Shown here piece after piece: positions 1 to 9,913 of a stretch of 64,000 bases of DNA (positions are counted from its first letter, which is position 1; each line of letters opens with the position of its first letter). The stretch covers positions 640,001 to 704,000 of the forward strand of contig CAVOYH010000003.1 in NCBI GenBank assembly GCA_963700635.1. The letters are read 5' to 3'. The stretch comes from an uncultured Bacteroidota bacterium (GTDB taxonomy: Bacteria > Bacteroidota > Ignavibacteria > UBA10030 > UBA6906). The notes beneath the pieces were generated by a model. The model was not told where the DNA came from, did not search any database, and saw only the letters and a program-made list of their open reading frames with translations. Position numbers and translations under genes: made by a program.

Positions 1-1148
1 TGGGAATCCAGACGGATAAAATCATACAGATCCCCCGCCACTTCCCGTGCCGGGAGGGCCGTGGCGGCAAACTCATATCCCGGGATGGCCGGGACACCTG
101 CAGGCAACAGACTCATCTGCACCTCGCGCGCCGCCAGCAGATCCCGTTCGATCCGGATTTTCTGACGTTCCTGCTCCACGAGGCGGGCATTCTCCAGTGC
201 AATCGCGGCATGAATGGAAAGCGCATTCATGATGTGCGCATCTTCGTCGGTGAACACGCCCTTTCGTTTGTTCAGTAACTGAAAGACGCCGATGATGTTT
301 CCGCTCTTCGTACGAATCGGCATACAGAGAATCGAACGGGTCCGGTATCCGGTCTGCCGGTCAAATTCCGGATTAAAACGAGGATCGAGATAGGCATCGG
401 AAATATTGATGGTGTCACCTGTGGCCGCAACGTACCCCGCGATGCCCTTCCCCACCGGGAGACGAATGGTCACCCGGCTGGTCCCATCGAGTCCCTTTGC
501 AACACGTGTCCACAATTCCTGCTTGACCTCATCCACAATGTACACCGTACCCCGGTCGCCGTCCACAATGCCGAGGGCGAGGCCCAGGAGAATGTCCAAT
601 AATGTGTTCAGATCAAGCGTCGAGTTCAGGCTCTTGGCCGCCTCGATAAGGCGCTCAAGCGTCCGTACCTCCTGCCGGTTCCGTTCGTTCTTGCGGTTGG
701 ATTCCGCAATATAGTGGTAATTCAGAGCGCGCATCCGGATACTGAGAACCTGCAGCAGTCGTATTGCAAGGGCTGGGGATTGATGCAGCAGCTGTTCAAA
801 ATCAGGCTTGTGAAGCGTATAGGCCAGGCAACGATCCATAGCCGCCACGCGGGCTGATCGCGGCCGGCATGCAATCGGCTCGAGCTCGCCGAAGCAGTCA
901 CCGGGGTGCAGCAACGCCAGGAGTTCTTCCTCGCCCTGAAGGGGTTGCTTGGTGATCCTTACACGCCCCTCCACCAGAAAAAACACCTCTTCTCCGTACC
1001 CTTCGTCCTCAATAATCGTCTCGCCGGGAAGGTAGGTGTGCTCGGTGAGTTTCTGTTCAAGAGCGCGGAACTCGTCATCCGAGAGGGTTTCGAGCAGCAC
1101 ATTGTACCGCAACCGGTTACGGCTGGGTGAATCGATACTCGTCGTCAT
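1..1148 (-). CDS. cNMP-binding + GAF + SpoIIE/PP2C (RsbU-like) Ser phosphatase; 3' end runs off the window
   Basis: Hand-translated from ATG at 1148 (MTTSIDSPSRNRLRYNVLL...), open to the edge and absent from the ORF track. cNMP motif GDCFGE...PRSARV; GAF motif GKGIAGYVAATG...DAYLDPRFNPEFDRQTGYRTRSILCMP; SpoIIE entry RDLLAAREVQMSLLP...PAREVAGDLYDF. Confidence 0.9.
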   Translation of the reverse strand, partial: MTTSIDSPSRNRLRYNVLLETLSDDEFRALEQKLTEHTYLPGETIIEDEGYGEEVFFLVEGRVRITKQPLQGEEELLALLHPGDCFGELEPIACRPRSARVAAMDRCLAYTLHKPDFEQLLHQSPALAIRLLQVLSIRMRALNYHYIAESNRKNERNRQEVRTLERLIEAAKSLNSTLDLNTLLDILLGLALGIVDGDRGTVYIVDEVKQELWTRVAKGLDGTSRVTIRLPVGKGIAGYVAATGDTINISDAYLDPRFNPEFDRQTGYRTRSILCMPIRTKSGNIIGVFQLLNKRKGVFTDEDAHIMNALSIHAAIALENARLVEQERQKIRIERDLLAAREVQMSLLPAGVPAIPGYEFAATALPAREVAGDLYDFIRLDS

Positions 1149-1158
1149 GGTGATCCGC

Positions 1159-1187
1159 AACATAATCGCATCGGCAGGGAAAGTCAA
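1159..1187 (-). promoter_or_regulatory. sigma70-type promoter for the cNMP-GAF-PP2C gene
   Basis: Minus strand reads TTGACT-17 nt-TATGTT; the ATG is 10 nt downstream of the -10 box. Confidence 0.6.
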
Positions 1188-1210
1188 GGGAAAACGCTGC
1201 CGCCCGCCTT

Positions 1211-1239
1211 TTGCTTTTCCCCTTACCTCTCTGTATTAT
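1211..1239 (+). promoter_or_regulatory. sigma70-type promoter for the LD-carboxypeptidase
   Basis: TTGCTT-17 nt-TATTAT, divergent from the 1159-1187 promoter. Confidence 0.55.
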
Positions 1240-1280
1240 TACTCTCGTAAACTGTTTCCTCACACACCCCTGGAGATCAG

Positions 1281-2218
1281 ATGGAACCTCTGAAGCCTCC
1301 CCGTTTAAAACCCGGTGCACTGATCGGCATTATCTCTCCGGCAAGCCGCATCGCTGATCCGGCCCGCATTCAGGCAGGTGTTGGCTACCTTGAAGGCCTG
1401 GGATACCGGACCATGATCGGGAAAAACGTTTTGAACTCCTATGGATACCTCGCCGGAACGGACGAGGAGCGGGTGGCAGATCTCCATGACATGTTTGCCC
1501 ACCCTGAAGTGAAGGCCATATTGTGTGTCCGGGGCGGCTACGGTACACCCCGGCTGCTCTCGTTGATCAACTACCGGCTCATCGCCCGTCATCCGAAGAT
1601 TTTTGTGGGTTACAGCGACATCACCTCCCTGCAGCTGGCGCTCTGGAAGAAATGCCGGCTTGTCACATTCCAGGGACCGATGGTGGGGGTGGATCTGGCC
1701 GATCCTCTGGACAGCTTTACCGAAGAACTGTTCTGGAGGGTGTTGAGTTCCCCAAAAAGGGCCGGTCAGGTGGTCCCCGCGGGCGAGCCCGCTGTTGCTG
1801 TACGGGAGGGAAAGGGATCAGGCCGTTTGCTGGGGGAAACCTCGCCCATCTTGTCGCCATTCTGGGAACTGTACATCAGCCGTCCTTCGAGGACTCCCTT
1901 CTCTTTCTTGAAGACATCGGTGAGGAGCCGTACAGGATTGACCGGATGATGACTCAGCTCCGCCATGCTCGCATCCTGGACCGTGCGAAGGTCATCCTGG
2001 GAGGCCAATTCACAGATTGTGCCCCCAAAGACCCCTCAAAAGCTTCTCTGAGCATCGATGACATCTTCCGGGAAATTGGCTCCGCAATCCCCACACCGTT
2101 CCTCGCCCGGCTACCGTTCGGTCATGAAGCGAGGAAGATTACCATCCCGATCGGAATCCGCGGTCGTGTTCATGTTGGCGCCCATACGCTGGAATATCTT
2201 GAAGGGGCTGTGCGTTGA
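1281..2218 (+). pseudogene. ldcA: S66 LD-carboxypeptidase (LdcA/MccF family) split by a 1-nt deletion; may be a sequencing error
   Basis: ORF 1281-1949 carries RGGYG and GYSD (catalytic Ser). ORF 1523-2218 carries GGNL, FLEDIGE (Glu) and FGH (His). The G5 run at 1832-1836 needs G6 to give GRLLGGNL. Confidence 0.85.
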
Positions 2219-2225
2219 AGTCTGG

Positions 2226-2254
2226 TTGAATCTCTGCCAGAATTGTGCTACACT
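2226..2254 (+). promoter_or_regulatory. sigma70-type promoter for the purN-purH-mre operon
   Basis: TTGAAT-17 nt-TACACT with an extended -10 TG; the ATG at 2263 is 8 nt downstream. Confidence 0.6.
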
Positions 2255-2262
2255 ATAGTGTT

Positions 2263-2901
2263 ATGCTCAATATTGCCGTGTTCGGGTCGGGGCGGGGATC
2301 CAACTTTAAAGCGATCCTGGATGCAATCGAGCACAGGCAATTGCCGGATGCTCGTGTTGTCCTGGTGGTGAGCAACAATTCCGACGCCGGTATACTCGAC
2401 CTCGCACGGGCTGCCGGACTCCCGTACCGCCACGTGAGCCGGAAACAATACCCCTCGGAAGATTTGTGTGCGACAGATATGCTTGCCGCCCTCCACGCAG
2501 CCGAGACGAACCTGATTGTTCTTGCGGGATACATGAAGCACCTCCCCGCTCAGATTATTGCAGCATTTCGTCATCGTATTATAAATATCCACCCAGCCCT
2601 TTTGCCCGCATTTGGCGGCAAAGGGATGTACGGACTTCGTGTTCACCAGGCCGTTCTGGATTCTCACGGGCCTCTGACAGGGGCAACGGTGCACATTGTG
2701 GATGAAGAGTACGATCATGGACCGATTGTGTTGCAACGGACCGTCCCCGTGCTTTCGTCCGATTCACCCGAAAGTCTTGCTTCGCGCGTTCTTGAGATGG
2801 AACACCATCTCCTTCCCGAAGCCCTGCGCCTTTTCGCAGAAGGAAGAATCCGGATCGTTGAGGGTCAGACTCACGTTCACATCGATCCTCCACAGGAGTA
2901 G
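2263..2901 (+). CDS. purN: phosphoribosylglycinamide formyltransferase
   Basis: IAVFGSGRGSNF, LAGYM, INIHPALLP, GATVH..DEEYDHGPI. ATG at 2263 preferred over GTG at 2245. Confidence 0.97.
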   Translation: MLNIAVFGSGRGSNFKAILDAIEHRQLPDARVVLVVSNNSDAGILDLARAAGLPYRHVSRKQYPSEDLCATDMLAALHAAETNLIVLAGYMKHLPAQIIAAFRHRIINIHPALLPAFGGKGMYGLRVHQAVLDSHGPLTGATVHIVDEEYDHGPIVLQRTVPVLSSDSPESLASRVLEMEHHLLPEALRLFAEGRIRIVEGQTHVHIDPPQE

Positions 2902-4445
2902 TGGTGCCACGCATCCGTCGGGCCCTGATAAGTGTCTCTGACAAACGCGGACTTGTCGCATTCGCCTCCGTCCTCCGTACCATGGACATCGAAATTCTGT
3001 CCACGGGCGGAACGTACTCGTTCTTGCGAGAAGCCGGCATTGAAGTCCGGCAGGTGTCCGACGTAACCGGGTTTCCCGAAATTCTGGACGGCCGGGTGAA
3101 AACGCTCCATCCGGTGATTCATGCCGGGCTGCTTGCGGTGCCGGATAATCCCGAGCACGTGCGCCAGCTGGAGGAACAGAAAATTATCCCCATCGAGATG
3201 GTAGTCGTCAACCTCTACCCGTTTGCCCGGACGATCGCGCGTCCGGACATCCGCTTGGATGACGCCATCGAGCAGATTGATATCGGTGGACCGTCGATGG
3301 TGCGCTCCGCTGCCAAAAATTTCCGGCACAAGGCCGTCATCGTGAACCCCGATCGATATGAAGAGCTCGGCGAGGAACTCCGCGCACACGACGGGTGGGT
3401 TACTGAAGAGACCTGTTTTTCGCTCGCGCGGGAGGCCTTCCGGCATACTGCGGCATACGACGCCGTGATTGCAGACTATCTTGACCGGACCGCGGGAGGT
3501 GCAACGGCATTTCCGGACACCGTAACCTTTTCTGCTCCGCGCGAACTCTCCCTTCGATACGGCGAGAACCCGCATCAGCAGGCCGCGTTGTACGGGCAGT
3601 GGGGTTCGACGTTTGAGAAACTGCATGGCAAGGAGTTGTCGTTCAACAACATTATGGACGTCTCCGCCGCGGGCGCTCTGCTCGCCGAATTCGATGAAAC
3701 GGCAGCCGTTATTGTGAAACACACGAATCCCTGCGGAGTCGGGACGGGTTCGAGCCTGCAGGAGGCATACGAGCGGGCATTTGCAACAGACACAAAATCT
3801 CCCTTCGGGGGAATCGTGGCCGTCAACCGTCCGCTTGATCTGGCAACCGCGGAACGTATGAACCAGATCTTTACTGAGGTAATTATTGCGCCATCTTTTC
3901 CCGAAGACGTTCTCGCGCTCATGCGGAAGAAGAAGGACCGCCGCCTCATCCGGATGCACGGAAACCTTCGTGGTCGTCGTGACCCGGATGTCCGGAGCGT
4001 TCCCGGAGGATTTCTCGTGCAGGAATCTGACGATAAACCTCCGGAGACGGAAGGATTCCGGGTGGTAACGCGTCGACACCCGACAGAGATCGAACGTCAG
4101 GCTCTTCTTTTCGCATGGCGAGTCGCAAAGCATGTAAAATCCAATGCCATTGTGTACGCCGGGCCGGACCGCACGTTGGGCATCGGAGCCGGCCAGATGT
4201 CACGCGTTGATGCCGCCCGAATCGCCGCGCGTAAATCGGCCGATGAAGGGCTTTCGTTGCAGGGGTCGGTGGTGGGATCGGATGCGTTCTTCCCTTTTGC
4301 CGACGGGTTGCTTGAAGCCGTCCGCGCGGGATCCGTTGCGGTTATCCAACCCGGCGGCTCAATACGGGACGAGGAAGTGATTGCCGCCGCTGACGCACAC
4401 AACATAGCCATGATATTCACAGGGATCAGACACTTCAGACACTAA
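2901..4445 (+). CDS. purH: bifunctional AICAR transformylase/IMP cyclohydrolase
   Basis: [58 protein letters not shown]. Confidence 0.98.
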   Translation: MVPRIRRALISVSDKRGLVAFASVLRTMDIEILSTGGTYSFLREAGIEVRQVSDVTGFPEILDGRVKTLHPVIHAGLLAVPDNPEHVRQLEEQKIIPIEMVVVNLYPFARTIARPDIRLDDAIEQIDIGGPSMVRSAAKNFRHKAVIVNPDRYEELGEELRAHDGWVTEETCFSLAREAFRHTAAYDAVIADYLDRTAGGATAFPDTVTFSAPRELSLRYGENPHQQAALYGQWGSTFEKLHGKELSFNNIMDVSAAGALLAEFDETAAVIVKHTNPCGVGTGSSLQEAYERAFATDTKSPFGGIVAVNRPLDLATAERMNQIFTEVIIAPSFPEDVLALMRKKKDRRLIRMHGNLRGRRDPDVRSVPGGFLVQESDDKPPETEGFRVVTRRHPTEIERQALLFAWRVAKHVKSNAIVYAGPDRTLGIGAGQMSRVDAARIAARKSADEGLSLQGSVVGSDAFFPFADGLLEAVRAGSVAVIQPGGSIRDEEVIAAADAHNIAMIFTGIRHFRH

Positions 4446-4450
4446 CGCCA

Positions 4451-5476
4451 ATGGGTCTATTTTCATTTTTCTCAGCCGATCTCGCTATCGACCTCGGCAC
4501 CGCCAACACCCTCATTCACATGAAGGGAAAGGGTATTGTGCTCAATGAGCCTTCCATCGTGGCTTTTGATCGGAATACCAAGAAGATCGTCGCCATCGGA
4601 ACGGAAGCCCAGCAGATGCTGGGGAGAACGCATCGGGACATCCGCACCATCCGCCCGATGCGGGACGGCGTGATTGCGGACTTCGAGATCGCCGAAGGGA
4701 TGTTACGTGAATTTATCCGGAAAATTCACGCCAACTGGATGCCCAGCCGCAGAATCGTCATCAGTGTGCCGAGTGGTGTAACGGAAGTGGAAAAACGGGC
4801 CGTTCGTGATGCCGCGGAACATGCCGGGGCAAAAGAAGTCCACCTCGTCGCCGAACCGATGGCTGCCGCAATTGGCGTCGGGTTGGATGTGGAGGCTGCA
4901 GTCGGAAACATGATTGTGGATATCGGCGGTGGGACCACCGAAATCGCAGTCATTGCACTTTCCGGCATCGTCAACGAGGAATCCATCCGGGTAGCCGGCG
5001 ACGAAATGAACAATGCTATCATCCAGTTCTTCAAAAAGAACCACAACATCCTTATCGGCGAACGAACGGCCGAGGCAATCAAGTGTGAGGTGGGATCCGC
5101 CATGCCGCTGAAAGAAGAGATTACGATCCGGGTTAAGGGGCGTGATCTTGTTAATGGTATCCCAAAAACGAGCGAAGCCAGTTCTGTGGAGATCCGCGAA
5201 TCCCTCGGCGAACCGATCGTGCAGATCATCGAGGCAGTCAAACTCACCCTCGAACGAACCCCGCCTGAACTATCAGCAGATATTCTTGATCGTGGTGTCA
5301 TGCTCAGCGGGGGCGGGGCGCTGCTCCGCGGCCTTGATGAGCGCTTGCGGCTCGAGACACAACTCCCCGTCCATGTCTCTGAAGATCCTCTCTCTGCCGT
5401 CGTGCGGGGCACCGGCCGCATACTTGAGAACCTCAACAGGTATTCAAAAGTGCTCCTGAAGAGCAAACGGTATTAG
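4451..5476 (+). CDS. mreB: rod shape-determining protein MreB
   Basis: IDLGTANT, EPMAAAIG, DIGGGTTE, GGGALL. Confidence 0.98.
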   Translation: MGLFSFFSADLAIDLGTANTLIHMKGKGIVLNEPSIVAFDRNTKKIVAIGTEAQQMLGRTHRDIRTIRPMRDGVIADFEIAEGMLREFIRKIHANWMPSRRIVISVPSGVTEVEKRAVRDAAEHAGAKEVHLVAEPMAAAIGVGLDVEAAVGNMIVDIGGGTTEIAVIALSGIVNEESIRVAGDEMNNAIIQFFKKNHNILIGERTAEAIKCEVGSAMPLKEEITIRVKGRDLVNGIPKTSEASSVEIRESLGEPIVQIIEAVKLTLERTPPELSADILDRGVMLSGGGALLRGLDERLRLETQLPVHVSEDPLSAVVRGTGRILENLNRYSKVLLKSKRY

Positions 5477-5505
5477 CGGGAACGAACAGGAATTCTGCAG
5501 GAGTC

Positions 5506-6336
5506 ATGCTCAAACGCGTCTACGATACCGCTGTTCTTTTTAAGGAATATCTCCTCCTCGCGCTGTATCTGCTTCTCTCCATTATCCTGATGGCTGCAAA
5601 TTCAACCAACCAGGTCCGTGCCATTCGCGGGCATGTGCTGGGTGTTGCCGGTGTTGTCCAGGATGTGTTCGGCTTCGTGCCTGACTACTTTACCCTGCGG
5701 CAACAAAACCGGGCCCTGCGTGAACAGAACCTCACACTCTCAGACGAGGTGAACCGGCTCCGGGAATCAGCACTTGAAAACATACGGCTCCGGCAGATGT
5801 TTGGTATGCTGGAACGGTCGGCCTTCCGATATGTCAGCGCGCAGGTGGTCGGAACCCACATCCAGGCGCTGCGGAACAGTGTGACCATCAATGCCGGAAC
5901 CGAACATGGTGTGCGTGTGGGAATGCCCGTCGTCACCGATCATGGACTCGCGGGAAGAGTTGTGTCGACAAGCAGCGAGTATGCTATTGTGCAGTTGCTC
6001 CTGCACAAAGATCTTCATGTAAGCGCCCGGATCCAGCGGAGCAGAGTGAACGGCATTATCCGGTGGTCCGGTGGGCGGACCCTGCACTTCTCGCATGTCC
6101 CGAAAACACTTGATGTCAGGGAGGGGGACGTCGTCATCACATCGGAATTCAGCAGCCTTTTTCCCGCCGGCATCCGTATCGGCCTTGTACAATCCACGCG
6201 CCAGCTTGCCGGTGAATTGTTTCAGGGGATTGCCGTCGCACCATCGGTGGATTTTGACCGGATGGAAGAAGTGTTTGTGGCCATGGTTGTCCCGGATTCC
6301 GGCCGGGTCGCCCTTGAACGCAGGATCAGGGAGTAA
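5506..6336 (+). CDS. mreC: rod shape-determining protein MreC
   Basis: N-terminal TM helix, coiled coil (ENIRLR), GVRVGMPVV...GLAGRV, GDVVITS...FPAGI; follows mreB. Confidence 0.95.
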   Translation: MLKRVYDTAVLFKEYLLLALYLLLSIILMAANSTNQVRAIRGHVLGVAGVVQDVFGFVPDYFTLRQQNRALREQNLTLSDEVNRLRESALENIRLRQMFGMLERSAFRYVSAQVVGTHIQALRNSVTINAGTEHGVRVGMPVVTDHGLAGRVVSTSSEYAIVQLLLHKDLHVSARIQRSRVNGIIRWSGGRTLHFSHVPKTLDVREGDVVITSEFSSLFPAGIRIGLVQSTRQLAGELFQGIAVAPSVDFDRMEEVFVAMVVPDSGRVALERRIRE

Positions 6337-6347
6337 CGACGCTGCCT

Positions 6348-6839
6348 ATGACCCGCCCACTGCTTCTGATCGTCATCTCTCTCGCCGTCCTTCTCGTTCA
6401 AACCACGGTCATCCCCTACGTGGCGGTCGGCACCATCGTCCCCGACCTGCTCCTCATCTGGATTGTATACCTCGGGATTACGCGCGGACACGTATCGGCT
6501 TCCACGGCGGGTTTTTTCCTGGGACTGATGATGGATATTCTTGCAGGTGCAGACGGGATGCTGGGACTCTCTTCATTAACGAAGGTCGTAGCGGGTTTTA
6601 TCGCCGGCTACACCTACAACGAAAACAAGACCATCCAGACCCTCACATCGGCCCAATTCCCCCTCATCGTCGGCGCCGTGGGTCTTATGCATAATCTCCT
6701 CTATTTTGTTATCTTCCTTCAGGGTACGGATATTTCCTGGAATAGCGTAGTGTTGCGGCACGGCATACCGGCCACCGTATACACTGTTCTCGTGTCGTTG
6801 TTTCCCATGTTTATTTATGCGCGGCGTTATCGCTCCTGA
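6348..6839 (+). CDS. mreD: rod shape-determining protein MreD
   Basis: Hydrophobic 163 aa with PDLLLI and GFFLGLMMD; lies between mreC and mrdA. Confidence 0.92.
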   Translation: MTRPLLLIVISLAVLLVQTTVIPYVAVGTIVPDLLLIWIVYLGITRGHVSASTAGFFLGLMMDILAGADGMLGLSSLTKVVAGFIAGYTYNENKTIQTLTSAQFPLIVGAVGLMHNLLYFVIFLQGTDISWNSVVLRHGIPATVYTVLVSLFPMFIYARRYRS

Positions 6840-6841
6840 CC

Positions 6842-8692
6842 ATGGCTTTACAGGATGACATACACGTTTATCGAAAACGGCGGACTCTCTATGCGTTCAT
6901 CGCGCTGATGATGATGCTCTTCCTCGGGCGCCTCTACCAGCTACAGCTTATCTATCGCGATGAGTACGGGAAAAAATCCCAGGAAAACAGCGTCCGCATC
7001 ATACCGAAAGAACCGGTACGGGGGTACATGTACGACCGGAACAATGAGCTCGTTGTGGATAACCGTCCGTCGTTTACCGTGACCCTGATGCCGTACGAGT
7101 TCGACAAGGCCACCATCGGATATCTGAGCCGTACACTTTCACTTGATACGGCGTTTATTCAGGAACGCCTCAAGCGCGGAGAACAGTATTCGTGGTTTGC
7201 CCCGGTCAAGATCAAAAGGGACATCGATTTCCGCGAACTCTCCACCCTCGAAGAGAACCACGATCGCCTGCCGGGTGTTGACTTTCAGATAGAATCGAAG
7301 CGCATGTACACCACGTCCGCACATGCCGCACATATCCTCGGCTATACCAAGGAGGTCTCCGAGTCGCAGATTAAGATTCTCGGACGTGACTACGTTCCGG
7401 GCGATGTCGTGGGATCATCCGGTCTCGAGGGCGCATACGAACGGACCCTGAGGGGGGAGAAAGGTGCAGAGTTCAGCACCGTCAACGTTCGCGGGCAGGT
7501 CATCGGTGGTTTCGAAAGCGGGAAACTGGATGTACCTGCGGTCGACGGCAAAGATCTTCTTCTGACCATGGATTTTGGCCTGCAGGCGTTTGCAGAATCG
7601 CTGATGACCGGCCGCCGGGGGGCGGTCGTTGCGATCGATCCGCAGGATGGCGGAATTCTTGCTATGGTCAGCGTGCCGGATTATCACCTCTCCGTCTTCA
7701 GCGGCGTCACACCACCCCAGATCTGGCGCGCAATGAATGGTGACGAGGCAAAACCGTTATTTAACCGTGCGACCCTGACTCGCTATCCACCCGGATCGAC
7801 GTACAAAATGGCTCTCGCGATCGCCGCACTCGAGAGCAACACGGTGACACCATCGTGGCGCGTTACTTGTACCGGTGCGTTCCGGATGGGGAACAAGGTA
7901 TTCAAAGACCTCCATGTCCATGGCTCCGTGGACATGATTACCGCAATACAACAATCGTGCAACGTCTATTTCTATCAACTGATGCTGAAGACCGGGCTTG
8001 ACGAGTGGTCCCACTACGGCAGGGAACTGGGTTTCGGCATGCTGACCGGCATTGACATTGCTGAAGAAAATCCAGGGTTGTTGCCGACCACGGCGTATAT
8101 GAACAGACGATACGGGCCGTCCGGGTGGACGCGCGGATTCCTGCCAAGCCTTGGGATCGGTCAGGGTGAACTGGGGGTTACGCCCCTGCAGATGGCATGT
8201 TATGCAATGGTCCTCGCAAATCAGGGAATGTATCACCAGCCTCACGCTGTGCGGGTCGTCATCCAGAAAGAGGAACCTCGCATCGATACCCTGACATTCC
8301 AGAGCCGCCGGCTGAACGTGTCCGCTGAAACATGGAGAATCGTTCGCGAAGGCATGCGCCGGGCTGTTGAGCTTCCCGGCGGCACGGGCGGACTTGCCCG
8401 CATCAAAGGGAACGAGGTCGCCGGAAAAACCGGCACCGCCCAGAATCCACATGGTCTCGATCATGCGTGGTTCGTCGGGTTTGCACCCTTTGACAACCCC
8501 AGGATAGCCATTGCCGTGCTTGTTGAAAACGCGGGGTTTGGCGGATCGTATGCCGCTCCCATCGCCGGAATGTGCATGGAACGGTACCTGTACGGGCGAC
8601 TTGTGCGCAGCAATCCGCTCCCGCTCCCTCCGGCCAAACAGAGTATTGCAGGAAGCCACACCGTCGCGTCGCCTGTCCCGGAAGGACAGTAA
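6842..8692 (+). CDS. mrdA: penicillin-binding protein 2
   Basis: PGSTYK (SxxK), SCN (SxN), KTGTAQ (KTG), HAWF. Confidence 0.96.
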   Translation: MALQDDIHVYRKRRTLYAFIALMMMLFLGRLYQLQLIYRDEYGKKSQENSVRIIPKEPVRGYMYDRNNELVVDNRPSFTVTLMPYEFDKATIGYLSRTLSLDTAFIQERLKRGEQYSWFAPVKIKRDIDFRELSTLEENHDRLPGVDFQIESKRMYTTSAHAAHILGYTKEVSESQIKILGRDYVPGDVVGSSGLEGAYERTLRGEKGAEFSTVNVRGQVIGGFESGKLDVPAVDGKDLLLTMDFGLQAFAESLMTGRRGAVVAIDPQDGGILAMVSVPDYHLSVFSGVTPPQIWRAMNGDEAKPLFNRATLTRYPPGSTYKMALAIAALESNTVTPSWRVTCTGAFRMGNKVFKDLHVHGSVDMITAIQQSCNVYFYQLMLKTGLDEWSHYGRELGFGMLTGIDIAEENPGLLPTTAYMNRRYGPSGWTRGFLPSLGIGQGELGVTPLQMACYAMVLANQGMYHQPHAVRVVIQKEEPRIDTLTFQSRRLNVSAETWRIVREGMRRAVELPGGTGGLARIKGNEVAGKTGTAQNPHGLDHAWFVGFAPFDNPRIAIAVLVENAGFGGSYAAPIAGMCMERYLYGRLVRSNPLPLPPAKQSIAGSHTVASPVPEGQ

Positions 8693-8695
8693 AGC

Positions 8696-9913
8696 ATGTG
8701 GAACTACATTAAACGGCATTTTGATCTCCAGATAGGGCTCACCACTCTGACGCTTGCGTTGATTGGCTTGATCGCTATCTATAGTGCGACCTACGATGCA
8801 CGCGCATCAGATATCTTCTATAAGCAGGTCGCATGGGTTCTGACCGGCAGCGTATTGTTACTTATCATCACATTCATACCCTTTCGCCTGCTGCAATCCA
8901 TTTCCTATCCCGCGTATTTGCTGTCCCTCGTGATGCTGGTCATCGTACTCCTTCTCGGCAAGACCGTTTCCGGATCCACAAGCTGGTTTAGCATTGGATC
9001 ATTTCGTATTCAACCGTCGGAATTCGCGAAAATCTCCACCGTGCTCGCCCTTGCGACATATCTCTCCCGTTCCGATGTCTCGCTTCGGTCCACCCGCGGA
9101 CTCCTGACGGCGGCCGGGATAGTGCTTGCCCCTGTCGCACTCATCATGCTGCAACCCGACTTTGGCACGGCAATTATTTACGGAGGGATGTCGTTCGCTC
9201 TGCTGTACTGGGGCGGAGCATCGCGCTTCACCCTCATCGCTATTGTCGCTCCGATTGCTGCTGCCCTCGGGGCTTTGCTGGGCACGACACCGTTCCTGAT
9301 CGTTGTCGCCGTGTTTGGCATCCTGATCTACATCACCAGGGAACATCTGCTTGTGGCGGCGGTGGCGTTCTCGTTGATGGTTCTTGTCGGCATCTCGGTA
9401 CAGTTTATCTACGACGGGCTCAGACCGTATCAGCAGAAACGTATTGATACCTTCCTTGATCCCAATGCGGATCCTCTGGGCGCGGGATACAACATCCTGC
9501 AATCGAAAGTTGCCATCGGCTCGGGCGGATTAACGGGAAAGGGCTATCTCCGTGGATCACAGACACAGTTAAACTTCATTCCTGAACAGTGGACGGATTT
9601 TATTTTTTGTGTCCCCGGAGAGGAGTTCGGATTTTTGGGTGCGGTGAGCGTCTTACTACTGTTCGGGGTGCTTATTACCCGTGGCGTGACCCTCGCGTCG
9701 ATTGTGGGGAGCCGGTACAGCAGTTTTGCTGCTATTGGCCTTACCGCCATACTCTCAACACACGTCTTCATCAACATCGGAATGGCCCTGGGCCTTTTTC
9801 CTGTCATCGGTGTACCGCTGCCGTTTCTCAGCTATGGGGGATCGGCACTGCTTTCAAACACGATGATGGTGGGCATTCTGATGAATCTGTACACCAATCG
9901 CAAAGAATACTAA
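8696..9913 (+). CDS. rodA: SEDS peptidoglycan polymerase RodA
   Basis: QPSEFAK, QPDFGT, AIGSGG, PEQWTDFIF, GVPLPFLSYGGS. Confidence 0.96.
   Translation: MWNYIKRHFDLQIGLTTLTLALIGLIAIYSATYDARASDIFYKQVAWVLTGSVLLLIITFIPFRLLQSISYPAYLLSLVMLVIVLLLGKTVSGSTSWFSIGSFRIQPSEFAKISTVLALATYLSRSDVSLRSTRGLLTAAGIVLAPVALIMLQPDFGTAIIYGGMSFALLYWGGASRFTLIAIVAPIAAALGALLGTTPFLIVVAVFGILIYITREHLLVAAVAFSLMVLVGISVQFIYDGLRPYQQKRIDTFLDPNADPLGAGYNILQSKVAIGSGGLTGKGYLRGSQTQLNFIPEQWTDFIFCVPGEEFGFLGAVSVLLLFGVLITRGVTLASIVGSRYSSFAAIGLTAILSTHVFINIGMALGLFPVIGVPLPFLSYGGSALLSNTMMVGILMNLYTNRKEY

Noticed and set aside
47-1130. Plus-strand short ORFs at the left edge
   Set aside because: They are antisense to the real minus-strand cNMP-GAF-PP2C gene.
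9589-9912. 108-aa N-terminal extension of the Lon-like ORF
   Set aside because: It overlaps rodA out of frame. The TAATG junction at 9911-9915 gives the natural start.
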